64,000 nucleotides of DNA, taken from Octopus vulgaris (Eukaryota). The position numbers were made by a program, and so were the translations under genes. The DNA lies in NCBI GenBank assembly GCA_951406725.2, contig OX597821.1, forward strand, positions 45,446,001 to 45,510,000, read 5' to 3'. The notes under the pieces were generated by a model, which was not told where the DNA came from, ran no database searches, and saw nothing but the letters and a program-made list of their open reading frames with translations. Positions within the stretch are counted from its first letter, which is position 1. Each line of letters opens with the position of its first letter. Positions 1 to 14,299 of this stretch are shown one piece after another.

Positions 1-420
<420 letters not shown>

Positions 421-423
421 TAT

Positions 424-467
<44 letters not shown>

Positions 468-488
468 GTATATATATATATGTATATG

Positions 489-559
<71 letters not shown>

Positions 560-606
560 GTATATATATATATACGTTTAAATATTTGTTGACCATTCCG
601 AAATAT

Positions 607-644
<38 letters not shown>

Positions 645-834
645 GACAGGCTTCTTTCAGTTTCCGTTTACCAAATTCACTCGCAAGGCTTTGGTTGGTC
701 CGAGGCTATAGGAGAAGACACTTGCCCATGGTGCCACGGAGTGGGACTGCACCTGGAACCATGTGGTCAGGAAGCAAGCCTCTTACCACACAGCCATGCT
801 TGCACCTATTTATATGCATATATATATATTTATG

Positions 835-1305
835 TCATAGTTCAGTTTTATTTCAAAATTTCTTGCCAACAGAGAAAGAGCTGGTTTCTAACCTAGATCC
901 AAGGCTCCTTCATTGGAATTTCAGCGTTAACAGCAGGGTATTTTTCTATGTATGTATGTATGTATGTATGTATGTATGTATGTATGTATGTATGTATGTA
1001 TGTATGTATGTATGTATGATATGATGTATGTATGTATGTATGTATGCATGCATGCATGTATGTATGTATGTGTGTATGTATGTATGTATGTATGTATGTA
1101 TGTATGTATGTATGTATGTATGTATGTATGTATGTATGTATGCGTGCAGATTTGTATGTTTTGCTTTATGTATGTATATAGTTGCACATCTAAACATGTC
1201 CATATATATTTAAACACTAAACTTCTGGAAAGTTTTACATATTTTTACAGTTCCAGTGATGGACTGGATCTGTAGTATTTGAATTAGCTTTCTCCTTTCT
1301 AGTTT
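835..1305 (-). mobile_element. 3' end of an RLE-type (R4/Dong-like) LINE with internal (TACA)n
   Basis: Minus strand reads RRKLIQILQIQSITGTVKICKTFQKF*. 3' UTR shared with copies at about 8450-8695 (+) and 36157-36670 (-). Confidence 0.6.
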
Positions 1306-1694
1306 TGTATGTATATCTCTGTGTGTGTCTTTGGGTCTGTGTTTGTCCTCCCACTAGCGCTTGACACCCAATACTGGTGTATTTACATCGCCATAACTTA
1401 ACAGTTCAGCAAAGAGACCGAGAACAGGTACCAGAGTTAAAAAGGTATAAAATAAGTTGAGTCTTTCGACTAAAAGAAAAAAGAAAAAAGAAATTTTTCA
1501 AGGTAGTGCCGTAGCATGGCTGCAGTCTAATGACTGAAATAAGTTAAAGATTTAAAAAAATACTGTTTTTAGAGCAGTACCATAACCTCTCAGCTTTTCT
1601 GAAGCATTTCTTGTTGAACTGTTAAAGGAACCAATGTCTTCCCCCTGCTCCTATATAGTGATGTCTAACTCTATATTGTTTCTTTGTCTTACAG

Positions 1695-1843
1695 CTTAGT
1701 GGTAATTGGTGGTGATGGAACAGTCAATAAAGTGGTTAATGCTTTGATGAATAAAAGCAACAGCACCATTTGTCCTGCTGACTGGTTGTCTTCCAATGTG
1801 ATACCCAATAAACCTAAAATGAAAATTGGCGTTATTCCTACAG
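1695..1843 (+). CDS. CERKL: Ceramide kinase-like protein, first coding exon in window (DAGK catalytic domain)
   Basis: Acceptor ttacag, donor G|gtattc. Encodes LVVIGGDGTVNKVVNAL...KIGVIPTG, with the GGDG and G(I/V)IPxG motifs of the DAGK/SphK/CERK family. Phase 2 to 1. Confidence 0.9.
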
Positions 1844-1995
1844 GTATTCAGTTATCACACTTTAGAACATGTTTACATCTCTCCCTCTCTCTTCTTACAC
1901 ATATGTACATATGTACCTATACACATACACACATACACACACGTGCATGCATACACATATACATATGCATATATATATACATATATATATATAAA

Positions 1996-2325
1996 GGGTA
2001 AAGACCCCCTTCGGTCATGAATGACCATGGGATTGCACCTAGAAAGTTACCCTCCTAGACACAAGTCCGGGCAAGGTTGTTTATGGAAGACCAGCAGTCG
2101 CCCATGCATACCAGCCTCCCCTCTCCACGCCACCAGTGTTATCCAAGGGAAAGACAAAGGTCGATACAGCTTGGCACCAGAGACGTCGCAACTCATTTCT
2201 ACAGCTGAGTGAACTGGAGCAACATGAAATAAAGTGCTTTGCTCAAGAACACAACACGCAGCCCGGTCCGGGATTCGAGCTCACAACCTCACGATCGTAA
2301 GCTCGACGCTCTAACCACTGAGCCA

Positions 2326-2328
<3 letters not shown>
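1996..2328 (-). mobile_element. tRNA-derived SINE, family D
   Basis: Minus strand begins gcatggctcagtggttagagcg (A box) ... gagctcgaatccc (B box), then a CORE/V-like ttcttgagcaaagcacttta segment; flanked by (TA)n. Confidence 0.8.
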
Positions 2329-2377
<49 letters not shown>

Positions 2378-2379
<2 letters not shown>

Positions 2380-3721
2380 TCGTCCCACAAGACGCCCTAA
2401 GACTGTTTCTACATGTTTTCCTCATTCATCTAGATCTTCTATAATGGTCCTCAGCTCCTATACCCTTTCCATACCAATATCCTCCAGTAAATTGTTGATA
2501 TAGGTCGTCTTCCTCCTTCTTCTCCTGGTTTTTCCTTCCATTGGATGCCAGAGCACTAGCTTGTTAGAAATTTCATCAGTATGCCTGATGCAGTGTCCAG
2601 CTAGCCTCATCCTTCTATGCTGTATCTTCAATGTTACAGCGTTTGTTGTATGACATCGAGTGCCATTCTAAGCATCCTTGTATAACAACCGTTCAACTGC
2701 ATCTTCAATGCTTTAGAGAGTGTCCATGTTTCAGCCTCGTAGAAGAACAGACTCCACTGTTGCCAGAAACAACCTCACTTTCAATTTCCCCTGCTAACTT
2801 TGGACTCCAGACCTTTCTTAATTTATGGCATGGACGCCAGGCAAGAGCTTTCCTTACTACGATATTTTTTACAGTACTTTGTGTTCCCGCACCAAGGTAC
2901 TCGAAATTTCCAACTACCTTCAGTGACTTATCGTCTCTTACTTTCACTGACAGGCATTTCGTGGTTGAATACTTGCAGCTCTATTTTTTTGGCATTACAG
3001 TACAATCCTGCCTTCCCTGATTCCTGCTCTAATCTGCTCATCCTTGAATTTGCAAACAAATTACTAAATGACAATATGAAGTCTGAGATAGATTTGCTAC
3101 TGCTGCCCAAAACTAGAGACCTAAGTGATACTGGGAATTACAGAGGGATCAGTCTGTCATCCATTGTTGCAAAAATGGTCAACAGGATGATACTTAACCG
3201 AATACAACCTAAGGTAGATAAACAATTGCAACCAAATCAAAATGGATTCAAATCAGGACGGTCAACAACATCTCACATTGTCGTACTTAGAAGACTGATA
3301 GAGAGAAAGTTAAGAGTCATAATAGGAAGGCTGTCATTATCAATGTAGACTTTAAAAAAGCTGTTGATTTGATACATAGAAGAATGATGATGGAGATACT
3401 TAAAGCATATGATATTCCACCAAGAATTCTGAGAGCAATAAGTAAGCTGTACGGGAACACTCCTGATCATTCCTGATGGAGAGACAGATTACTTTGAAGT
3501 CAAAAGTGGAGTTTTACAAGGTGACATGCTAGCTCCTTATCTCTTCGTCATCGTTCTGGACTATGTAATGCATAGAATGTACGAGAGCAAGGACGAAGAA
3601 CTGGGATTCAAACTGCATAGGCAAAGAAATAGATGGCATCAAGCAGTAACAGTAACTGACCAGATGATCTGGCATTAATAACAGAGAGGACAGATCAGGC
3701 ACAGGAGGTGCTGAGCAGATT
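2378..3721. mobile_element. RTE-like LINE fragment with inverted 5' half
   Basis: 3040-3721 (+) encodes the RT N-half (YRGISL, NQNGF, GVLQGD); 3040-2378 (-) encodes the RT C-half (FEYLG, RKALAW). Frameshifted. Confidence 0.85.
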
Positions 3722-3861
3722 GTATGTATGTATGTATGTATGTATGCATGTATGTATGTATGTATGTATGTATGTATGTATGTATGTATGTATGTATGCA
3801 TGTATGTATGTATAATACATAAAATATATTTTACCTATGTGTGTGTGTGTATAAATGTGTA

Positions 3862-4290
3862 TATGGCTATATGGTAAGAAGCTTACTTTCCAACTACACG
3901 GTTCAGGGTTCAGTTCCACTGCATGGCACCTTAGCCAAGTGTCTTTGGGCTAACCAAAGCCTTGTGAGTGGATTTGGTTGATGAAAACTGAAAGAATCTC
4001 GTCGTATATATATGTATATATATATATATTAAGTTTAACACTATGTGTGTGTGTGTGTGTGTGTCTTTGTTTGTGTTTGTCCCCTATGACTGCTTGACAA
4101 CCTTGACAACCGGTGCTGGTGTGTTTATATCTCCATAACTTAGCAGTTTGACAAAAGAAACAGGTAGAATAAGTACCAAGCTTTTAAAAAATAAGTACTG
4201 GGATTGATACATTTGACTAAAATTTCTTCAAGGCGGTGCACCAGTATGGCCACAGTCTGATGACTGAAACAAGTAAAAGATAAAAGATAT
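3862..4290 (+). mobile_element. SINE family A copy
   Basis: Head tggctatatggtaagaagctt through tail tgactgaaacaagtaaaagataaaag. Confidence 0.85.
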
Positions 4291-4389
4291 GTGTGTCTGT
4301 GTGTGTGTGTGTGTGCATGTGTGTGTGTGTGTGTGCATGCATGTATGTGTGTGTGTATGTGTGCATGCCTGTGTTTTCGCAGGAGAGTT

Positions 4390-5285
4390 TCATCATGGGG
4401 TATCAGAATAGACTATGGGAACAAGAATGGGTCTCAACTATGCAAACTTGTTCCCCAGCTGTGCTGAGGCCCAAGTGGTTTCACAGGTTACTGGTCCCAC
4501 TCTTCAGTTATACGGTTGGTACATTGACGACTGCATCACCACGACCTGACTCTCCTGCAAATGTCTCAATTCCTTTGTCCCTTATCACTTCCTCCATCCA
4601 TTACAATCCCAGAAACTCTCATTCTTGCCTCGAGTTCTCTTCCTCCCATCCTCCCCACACCAAACTGTCTGTCACCTACTCTCAGTTCCTCCATCTGATC
4701 TGAGAGAAGGGGATAGACACGCTCGTCGGCAAGGAGTGTTCAGCTCAGTTTTGACGACCATTATTTTGAGACAGTCTCAACTCATGGGTCACCACTCAAT
4801 CCAACGAGGACGCTTCACTACCATTATCTAAATCCCCCTCATCAATGCCTGGTCTGTTATCCATGAATCTACCCGCTCTTCCCATACACATTCTACCCTT
4901 AGCCGCCTCCCTTTCCACCTTACCTTCTATATCTCTATCCTATGTCTCCACTATTTTATGTACTTTCTGCCAACTCCTATCTGACTGTCCACCTTCCACA
5001 TTTTTCTCAACCCACGCAACCCCCTCCTTCAAATGCACTTGCAACTTACATGACCTGCTGGTCCATAGCTTCTTCCCCACTCCTGACACTCAACCTGGCT
5101 CCTTATCTTGCTCTCAACCAGCCTGCTGCATGTGTTCCTTCCTTTCCAACACCACTATCCTCACCAGTACCCACCACTGCCCCTACCACAGCACCAATTC
5201 ATTCACTTGCATCTCTAGTAATCTGATTTACTGCATCCTCTGCTCTATTTGCCACTCCCCAAACATTGGACAAACTGGTTGGCAT
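4390..5285 (+). mobile_element. Decayed Penelope-like element (RT and GIY-YIG remnants)
   Basis: MGTRMGxNYANLF and YIDD near 4415-4535; FTCISSNLIYCILCSIC...IGQTG (GIY-YIG N-terminus) near 5200-5280. Confidence 0.8.
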
Positions 5286-6194
5286 GCACATTGGTGCAGA
5301 CATATAAAATAATTTATTATACACTGAAATTATTATTACATGTTGAAGGCTGCAAAACAGCTGTTGTAGAAAAGACAATGCTGAAAGCACAGAACAAAGT
5401 CTCAGTGGGTAGTAGAATAAAATATTTGATGCATGGTTGGAGTTGTCACAGCTGCTGTTGGTTAATGTAATGGCTAATGAATTACATACAGAAAAAGCTA
5501 AGTCACAGTGTTTATTTACCATTTATCACTGAGAGTATATGCTGGAGAAAGCGATTTTGTTGGAAGCTGTCAAAATTATTGTAATCTAGAGTTGACAAAT
5601 GATGGAGACAGAGTATTGCAGTGCAAGCTACATGTGGAATACAATACATTTCCAAATGTTATAAGTTTGATTTTGAATTGTGAATATACATAATCGTGGG
5701 CAAGGCTATCTGGTTAAGAAGCTTGCTTTGTAACCATGTGGTTTTGGGTTCAGTTCCACTGTGTGGAACCTTGGGCTAATCAATATTTTGTAAACGAATT
5801 TGGTGGATGGAAACCGTATGGAAGCCTGTCATATATAAGAGATTGAAGGATAAGCACCAGGCTTAGTAAAAATTACTGGGATTGATGAGTTTGACCTTCA
5901 AGGCAGTGTCCCAGCATGGCAACAATCCAATGACTGAAACAAGTAAAAGATAAAAGATATGTATCTATATTTGATGCATAAATGTCAAAGAATATAATGA
6001 TGGTAATTAAGAGCTCAATAAATAACACCCACATGTCATTTCATTGCAGTAAATTCAAATGGGACCTATTTGCATGTATATACATAATTGGCTACAATGA
6101 TCTTTGTGAGCAACAGAATTAGAATACAAGCAGAAAAGCATAAATTTCACAAATAGTTTATACTTTAACTGTACACAATAGCTGCTACAGTAAG

Positions 6195-6412
6195 ATAAAC
6201 ACTATCATATGTATAATTATATAACGATGATACATATTTAATTTACTTTAAATTAAATGAAATTAAGTCAAATTGATTTAAAAACTGAGTTTTTCCAATC
6301 ATCAGGATTGCTCCAGTACCATAACAGTTTTTAAAGTAATTTAGTTTGATTCAATTCAATTTAAATTAAATGTGTATCACAATTATGTAATTATACACTT
6401 GGTGGTGCTTAT
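6195..6412. repeat. Imperfect inverted repeat, arms about 90 bp
   Basis: ataaacactatc...ttaaaaactg mirrored by cagtttttaa...ggtgcttat. Confidence 0.7.
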
Positions 6413-7124
6413 GTTAATGAAATAGCTAAGAGAGATCTTTGATGATAGTGTGACCCAACAATTGAAATGATTGTGCAGACTTGTTTTCATATTTTATAGA
6501 TCCAAGCAACATAAAATCTATAATAATACTAATACACAAATTACTACATATGCAACAGACTCATTACAACATGCATTAATTACAATATGTGCTAATTACA
6601 CCTAACTACATATAAATGTTTTTTATACTCTACAACATTCACTAATTACTCTTCCTAACATAAACGGGGTTTATTAGACTGTACAAACTACACTAATTAC
6701 AGTATTCACTAATTATATTTAAGTACACCTTCTCCTTGACTTATGACTGAGTTCTGTTCTGACTGACAGGTCATAAGTCAATCTGGTCATATGTCAGATT
6801 TATATTTTTCAATGCTATTTTCATTCAAATGCAACTGATGCTTGAAAGTGACTGAGTGAGAGACGGTGGCAGACAGTGGATGCCTGGGTCTTAGGGAGGC
6901 CTGTGGTGCCAGATGCTGCCAGAGTTATTGTAGGCACAGCTGCCCAACACCCAAATATTGATTATTTTATTTATTTATTTTTATTTATCTATTTATTTTT
7001 TGTGGTCATAAGTGCGGATGGTTGTCAGTTGCATAGGTCGCAAGTCAAGGAGAAGGTGTACACATATAGTGTTTATTATACTGTCTAACAGTTATTAATG
7101 ATAGCTCATATTTACCTTGTTAAT

Positions 7125-7340
7125 ATTGGTTCCAAATTTAAGCACAAGGCCAGACAATTTGGGGGACAGGATAAGTCAATAACATTGACCCCAGTACTCA
7201 ACTGGCACTTATTCTATTGATCTTGAAAAGATGAAAAGCAGTTGACCTTGGCAGAATTTGAACTCAGAATGTAAAGGCAGACACAAAATGCTACTTAGCA
7301 TTTTGCCTGGCATGTTAACGAATCTGCCAGCTCACCATCA
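7125..7340 (-). mobile_element. SINE family B copy
   Basis: Reverse of the gagctggcagaatcgttagc...gagttcaaattc...tttcatcctttcggggtcgataaa...gtaccag family. Confidence 0.8.
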
Positions 7341-7543
7341 TTACCTCATTTACCTCATTAACATTACCTCCACAGATATGAAGAAATTTTATTTTGAAAT
7401 TACTAAGACTGTTTTATTTTGTAAAATATTATGACAAAGAAGATATCAACATTTCATGAAATGGAATAAATATTTTTGTATGAAATTAGGGATTTTGTAA
7501 TTATTTCCAGTTAATCTGTCATTGACTCTGCTTTTGTTGTTAG

Positions 7544-7618
7544 GAACCACCAACCATATTGCTCAATCTGTGATTGGAACCTGTGATCCCGTAACAGCAG
7601 CTATACATATTTCTCTTG
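7544..7618 (+). CDS. CERKL: CERKL-like exon 2 of window (75 nt)
   Basis: tttgttgttag acceptor, gtaagt donor. (G)TTNHIAQSVIGTCDPVTAAIHISL(G) parallels CERKL GSTNVLAHSLHG...TATLHIIMG as recalled. Phase 1-1; missed by the ORF track. Confidence 0.9.
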
Positions 7619-8725
7619 GTAAGTGAGCATTTTTTGCATAAATAGTAGTTTAAATACAGTTGGTAATTGCAATTACTTTTGGTAAATATATTTAGTGTGA
7701 CATAAATGTGTGTAATGACATTATTGATAAAGAATATACAGAACAACTTTTGTTTTGCTGTTCATGCCCAATAACCTCATTGGTTGTAGGTTTTTAATTG
7801 GCTCTTATATTGGTTTACTGTTTTACCAATAGCTAAGACTGACAAGAGATGTCTGTAACTTGGCCTTTGGAAGCCAGTATCTTGTCACCTGAAATGGCTC
7901 CTTTGGTAATTTCTGGAAGTTTGTTTGGAATTCTGATAGTCAAATGTTGAAAGTTCTTGACTATATAGTGGATTATGGTACCAGATATTGAAACGTTTTG
8001 TGCAGGCACGACTGTACTGAGCCTTGAAAAACCATCTTTCTCTCTTCAATGGTAGAACTGTTCTGAATTCTGGTGATTGAGGCTTGTATTTTATAGAGCG
8101 GTGTTGTTACTGCAGCCACCTGTCTCTTGTATCATATGCTGTTGACAAGCTGTGTTTTCCTAGTACCAACTCCACTAGTTTTACAATAATTCTAAAAGCT
8201 TTCTTTCTGACTGCAGAGAGTTGGTAGAAAGAAGGTGAAAAAGAACTGTTAGTGTTAATAGTTAGAAGTATTTATGTGTTGTTACTAATGGACAGATTAA
8301 CTTATGGAAGAGGAAAATTGTATGACATCTGAGACTGAAAGAACATAGGAAGTATTTTTGTGTATAGTTATAGCTGTATGGTTAAAAAGTTAACAGTCAT
8401 ATTATTCTGGCTTCAATCCTACTGCATGATACCATAGGCAAATCTCTTTCAAAAGTTTAGCATATAAGTATATACTCACATGTCTAGACATGCAACTATA
8501 TGTATTAGTATACATAAGACAGAATAAACAGATCTGTACATGCACTGACACCAAATACTTGCACACATTAACACATGTTCAGGCACAACTACCCTCTTGA
8601 TGTCGAAATTCCAATGAAGGAACCTGGGATCTAGGTCAGATACTGATTATTTCTCCATTGACAAGAAATCTAGAAATTAAAATAAATAATAACATGCAAG
8701 CTTTTATGTATATATTATGTGTGTG

Positions 8726-8806
<81 letters not shown>

Positions 8807-9876
8807 TGTATGTATGTATGTATGTATGTATGTATGTATGCATGTATGCATGCATGCATGTATGTATGTATATATGTATGTATGTATGCATGTATGTATG
8901 TATGCATGCATGTATGTATGCATGTATGTGTGTATGTACGTATGTATGTATGTATGTATGTATGTATGTATGTATTTATGTATGTATGTATGTATGCATG
9001 TATGTGTGTATGTACGTATGTATGTATGTATGTATGTATGTATGTATGTATTTATGTATGTATGTATGTATGTATGTATGTATGTATGTATGTATGTATG
9101 TTTCAGCAATACATGTCACTGAAAGATGCAAACATCTACAAGAAAAACCAAAAAATTAACCGGTTTTGAACTGATTGTGATATTTGTTCTGTCTATGTTG
9201 CATAAACAATCTCTTGTCATTGTCACCATTATAAATGCAATGAACTGGTGAGAAAAACTACAATCAATGGCACTATTGTTCATGAAATACAATATAAAAA
9301 ATACAAACTGCAAACATTCTATCTCTTGACAAATTCATTTGACCTAAGTTGTATATCTTATATCCATTCTCTAAACATACTTTCTCTCTAGTTCTGATCA
9401 TATCTCCATGGCTTTATATTGTTTTTATCAAAGATATAGTTACAACATTGTTTAATTTTGCAAAGTTACTACTCAATCAAAACGTTTATTTTCAAGTCTG
9501 TTACGTTTATTTATCCTTTTTTTTTGGGGGGAAATTTTACCTTTAAAAATTCTCTTTTTCTTTAATAACAAAACAACTTTGGCCTTAAAATTTTGCTTGG
9601 TTTTTTGTCACAAAAACCTTTAAGTATGTATCACCCTTTAAGTATGTATCATAAACTGGAAACTGTTTCAGATGGCTTAGTACCAAAAGAGTTAATTATC
9701 TCTGATACCCAATGAATATTATTCATTGACTTAATTTGCTAGAGCTCCCCTATAAGTATTGTAGTATTAAGTGGGTTGATATCAAAACGGTTCATTTACT
9801 GTAGCATCCTATGACTTTTATCAATTTATTGCATAGAGTAGCACAGTTTTGAACATACATCTAAAATGGCAAGTTT

Positions 9877-10281
9877 TTTACTCTTTTACTTGTTTTAGTC
9901 ATTTGACTGTGGCCATGCTGGAGCACCGCCTTTAGTTGAGCAAATTGACCCCAGGACTTATTCTTTGTTAGCCTAGTACTTATTCTATCGGTTTCTTTTG
10001 CTGAACTGCTAAGTTACAGGGACGTAAACACACCAGCATCGGTTGTTAAGCAATGTTGGGGGTACAAACACAGACACACAAACATATATGCACACACACA
10101 CACACATATATATATATACATATATATGACAGGCTTCTTTCAGTTTCCATCTACCAAATCCACTCACAAGGCTTTGGTCAGCCCGAAGCTATATTAGAAG
10201 ACACTTGCCCAAGGTGCCACACAGTGGGACTGAACCCGGAACCATATGGTTGGTAATCAAGCTACTTACCACACAGCCACT
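9877..10281 (-). mobile_element. SINE family A copy
   Basis: Near full-length reverse copy. Confidence 0.88.
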
Positions 10282-10639
10282 AAAAGAATCATTACTTAAT
10301 TGGCTATAATTATTCTTCAACTCCTCTTCTCTGTTATATATATTATTTCTGAAAAAGATAAAGGCTGGTTTACTTCATTTTAATCTTTGATATTGTTGAA
10401 TCTTTATAACTCTTTGTTACTTTATCCATCTAATTCTTCTAAATATTAAGTTCTCCAACAGATCTATCTTCACAATACTTAAAACAACTTAGTAAAAATA
10501 AAAATCTATTCTACTTCCTTGTTTCTCATTGTTTCTGTGTTGCACAACTAGAATCAGTCAGATAATAAGAGAAGAAACCATTCTCAGAGGCTGGCATAAC
10601 AGGATCCTCATAACTGCTGCTAGAGCAAAGGAGATGCTC

Positions 10640-10910
10640 CATAAACAAGCAACAGAAACAGACCAAGTTGTAAAAGTAACAGAAAGAGTTATAATATAAC
10701 TATTTAGTGAGAAAATTAGCTTAGATGAGAAGCAGTTTGTGGCAGGACAGGGTACCACAGGTGCAGTTATCCTAGTAAGAAAACCCTTGGAAAAGTTCTT
10801 AGCAAAGAGCAACCTTTTAGTAACTATAAATGGTATTCAACGACCTGGAGAAAGCCTTTAACAGGGTATCATGCTCTGTAATCTGTCGGTCAATAAGAAA
10901 GCTTGTAGTA
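10640..10910 (+). mobile_element. RTE-like LINE RT N-terminal fragment
   Basis: Decayed LDEKQF...GTTGAV...FNDLEKAFNRV...RKL; ends where a hAT-like terminus (cagaagttctcaaactttt) starts at about 10915. Confidence 0.65.
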
Positions 10911-12339
10911 GATCAGAAGTTCTCAAACTTTTTGAGTCACCGCCTCCCTCTTGGCCACATAATACCCTCAGCACCCCCACCCCTATTTTCATATATAAAT
11001 AAATATATATTTTTACTAATTTGTATATATTATGAATCATTTGATATTTAATACAATGTTATATAATTTGTATACAATTCTATAATATTATAATAAATTC
11101 CTAGTGTCCCCTAATCCACTGCCAAAAAAGATACCTTCATTACATATTCTTACTCAATAAAATTTACAAATGCAAATTTACAATGCATATTGGAGAAGTC
11201 AGCAGTGTAGTGGCACACGTGTCTTTTTAAAGGTTTTAATTATATCAGCAGGAGAAGGCTTTGGGTCTAATAAACTGTCTTTGTTAGGTGTGAAATTAAA
11301 TCATCCTATTGCTTGAACAACCACATAATAATTTTATTTGTCATAAATTATATATACAAATAACAAACATTGGAAGTGTAGCATATATGGCTAAGTGTGT
11401 CAAAGAAAGGCATTTTGGTGTAAGCAGAGAATATGTGGTGATCTGTGTTGAAATATAATACAAAATTTACAGTGAATTAATTGAATTTTCCCAGAGAAGA
11501 AATAATCTTTTTCTTCAGGAATGTGAGAGAGAAAGGTGTTCAAAAGCATTTGGCTGTTGGACAAAGGTTTCCAAGATCTTCTGATTGTTCAACATTAATC
11601 ACACTTCAGTCGCAGTTCTTCTCTCTTTGAAGTACAGCAGAAACAGATCTTGTTGCCTCTCTGTCTTGTGAAAGAACTTTTAGTGGCAATATTCAGCAAA
11701 GTGCTTCACACATGCACAATGATAGTGTTTTGATAAATGGAGCTTTCCACTTCATAAATGCAAACAATATGTGAAGAAAGGTAGTTAACTCGCTTTGCTA
11801 CATCATATTATTCTGTGGCAATCCAATGAGGCATTAGGAAAAAAGGGAAGCAATATTGTAATACAAAAATTGAAAAATAAAGAACAAAATATGCAAACAT
11901 ACTGAGAGCAAGTGTCAGTAGCTTGCAGCCTGAAAAGGTAGTTTCTATAGAGGTTGCATGTAATTTATGACATCTAAAAAACTATGCACAACTTTACATG
12001 AAATAGAAATCACAAAATACAGTGGTCAATAAGTGGTTGCCAGTGTAGGTCTTAATTACTAGTAGTGCAGCAGTAGTAATGGTACAAGAGTCTTCCACAA
12101 AAGAAAAGAAATGCATGCAACAAAGGAATGTATAAAAAATGGCAATGTTATAAGCCCTGTACGAAAGGAATTTCGCACCAATAACAAGAGTTTGTTCATA
12201 TAAATGTCACAAAGTTCGTGTATTAAAAAAGTATATGTTGCTACGGTGTTCATAGCAAAAGAAAAGAGATGAAAGACTAAAGCCATAATAGTATACCACT
12301 AAAACAGCCCATATAGGTAGGCTTTTAGGGAGGGGTTCA

Positions 12340-12545
12340 AAAGTAGACAAGCAAGGAAAATGGAAAAACTCCTTGCGTCCAATATTGCACTTATACATAA
12401 CAAGTTTTGCTTGAAATGCTGAGATGGTTGTCTTAACTTGGTTGAGATTAACACCATCTCCTTGAAGCTCCTTATTCACTTCATTGAATTTAGTGAATAA
12501 GTCAGACAAGTATGCATTATCTTTCTTTATACTTTTAAGCCTCAC
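12340..12545 (-). mobile_element. hAT (Charlie/Buster-like) transposase fragment
   Basis: AYLSDLFTKFNEVNKELQG...ISAFQAKL...FFHFPCL matches the LAYLxDIF..LN.LN..LQG block. Confidence 0.75.
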
Positions 12546-12782
12546 ACTAAGTAGACAGAGTGGTTGCTGTTGGTTGTATAGAGCTGCAATAAACTCATAC
12601 TACCCCAAGACCACCTGACAACCAGTGTTGATTTGTATACATCCCTGTCATACAGCGGTTCAGCAAAAGGGGCCGATAGAATAAGTACCCGAGCACTGAG
12701 GTCAATTTGTTTGACTAAAGGCCTAGCATAGCTGCAGTCTGAAAACTGAAACAAGTTAAAAGATGTATATATTATATTTATT

Positions 12783-12823
<41 letters not shown>

Positions 12824-12861
12824 CATACATACATACATATATATATATTTATGTATGTATG

Positions 12862-12908
<47 letters not shown>

Positions 12909-12926
12909 TATATAATATATATATAT

Positions 12927-13118
12927 TGGCATGTAAAAAGCACCCACTACACTCATGGGGTGGTTGGCGTTAGGAAGGGCATCCAGCTGTAGAAACACTG
13001 CCAGATCAGACTGGGCCTGGTGCAGCCTCCTGGATTCCCAGACCCCAGTCGAACCATCCAACCCATGCTAGCATGGAAAGCGGGTGTTTTAAACGATGAA
13101 GATGAGAATGATGATGAT
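12927..13118 (+). mobile_element. Short 3' end of the RTE-like family with (GAT)n tail (family C)
   Basis: ggcatgtaaaaagcacccactacac...ggaagggcatccagctgtagaaac...catgctagcatgg...gatgatgat. Also at about 21630-21980, 24837-25030, 27295-27420 (-) and 39470-40143. Confidence 0.8.
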
Positions 13119-13134
13119 ATATATATATATAAAA

Positions 13135-13196
<62 letters not shown>

Positions 13197-14299
13197 TGTT
13201 ATTCTTTTGCTTATTTCAGTCACTAGACTGCGACCTCAGGACTTGTTCTTATGTAATGCCAGGTACTTATTCTATGTGTCTCTTTTGAGAAATGCTAATT
13301 CACAGGGGCGTAAAACAAACTAGCACCTGTTGTCAAGCGGTGTTGGGGGACAACCCCAGATGCAAACACACACAGGCAGAGGTCTACATTCCACTGCCCA
13401 TTCAAGTTGAATTTTCTCTGCACTGACGAAGTTTTCCGCAATTTTTTTTACCACAGCTTTCAAAATGATGTGGGGAAGGGAATTCCCGAGGGGTTGGGGA
13501 GGGGATTTTCACAACTATGTTTAAAATATCCACGAATATCCATTTCAAATTAAGTTAGGTTAGAATCTTTAAAAAATACTCATATGAATTAGATACAAAG
13601 AATGTTCTATCCAAAACAAAAGCAAACTTTCAAATTATTTATTTTTGAAAAATAGATGTGAATGTTCTCAAAGACTTGAATCTCAGTCAAAAAAGTCTTT
13701 TTTTTAAATTCTATATTTCACTGTTAACTGTTGCAATATAGAATTAAAAATATAGAACCTACAATTCAAACTGTGAAGTCAAATTACCAGAGATGTAAAA
13801 TATGGAGAATTTCCTACCTTTCTCTGAAATCATAAACCCAAGGAAAAAATAGTGGTAAATTTATAGTTTCACAGCAGACTCGATTTCGGTACTAAATAAT
13901 TTTTTCTGCGGTTTTTTTTTTGGGGGGGGGGGGAGCTGTTGTAAGCTGTCGGAAATGCATTCCTTCAGAGAAAACAGAGGTGTGGGTCAGGGTGGAACTT
14001 CGGAAATTTCCCTTTCCGACCACGTCTCCTTTTTTTTTGTTGCAATTGTCTTAATTGATTTCATAATGTGTAGGAAATGCATTTTGTCCATGGAAAACAG
14101 AGGGGTGGGGCAGTCCTGTATATCTTCTGTCTCCGGATTTGTGCTGGAATTGATCTTTACTGGCAATCTGGGAGGGAGTGTATATAATTTTGCTGCCTCA
14201 ATAAACAATTGGTGCAGCATTTTTTTTGTTTGTTTTCTGTAGCAGAGATAAATAAGTACCTGACCAGGTACTGGTGTAGATAGTTTGAATCAATCTCCG

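Noticed and set aside
2255-2328. tRNA gene on the minus strand
   Set aside because: A and B boxes are present, but there is no proper acceptor or anticodon stem and it continues into a SINE body.
13472-13504. G-quadruplex-capable G-run cluster
   Set aside because: Isolated, in transposon-rich intron sequence, with nothing supporting function.
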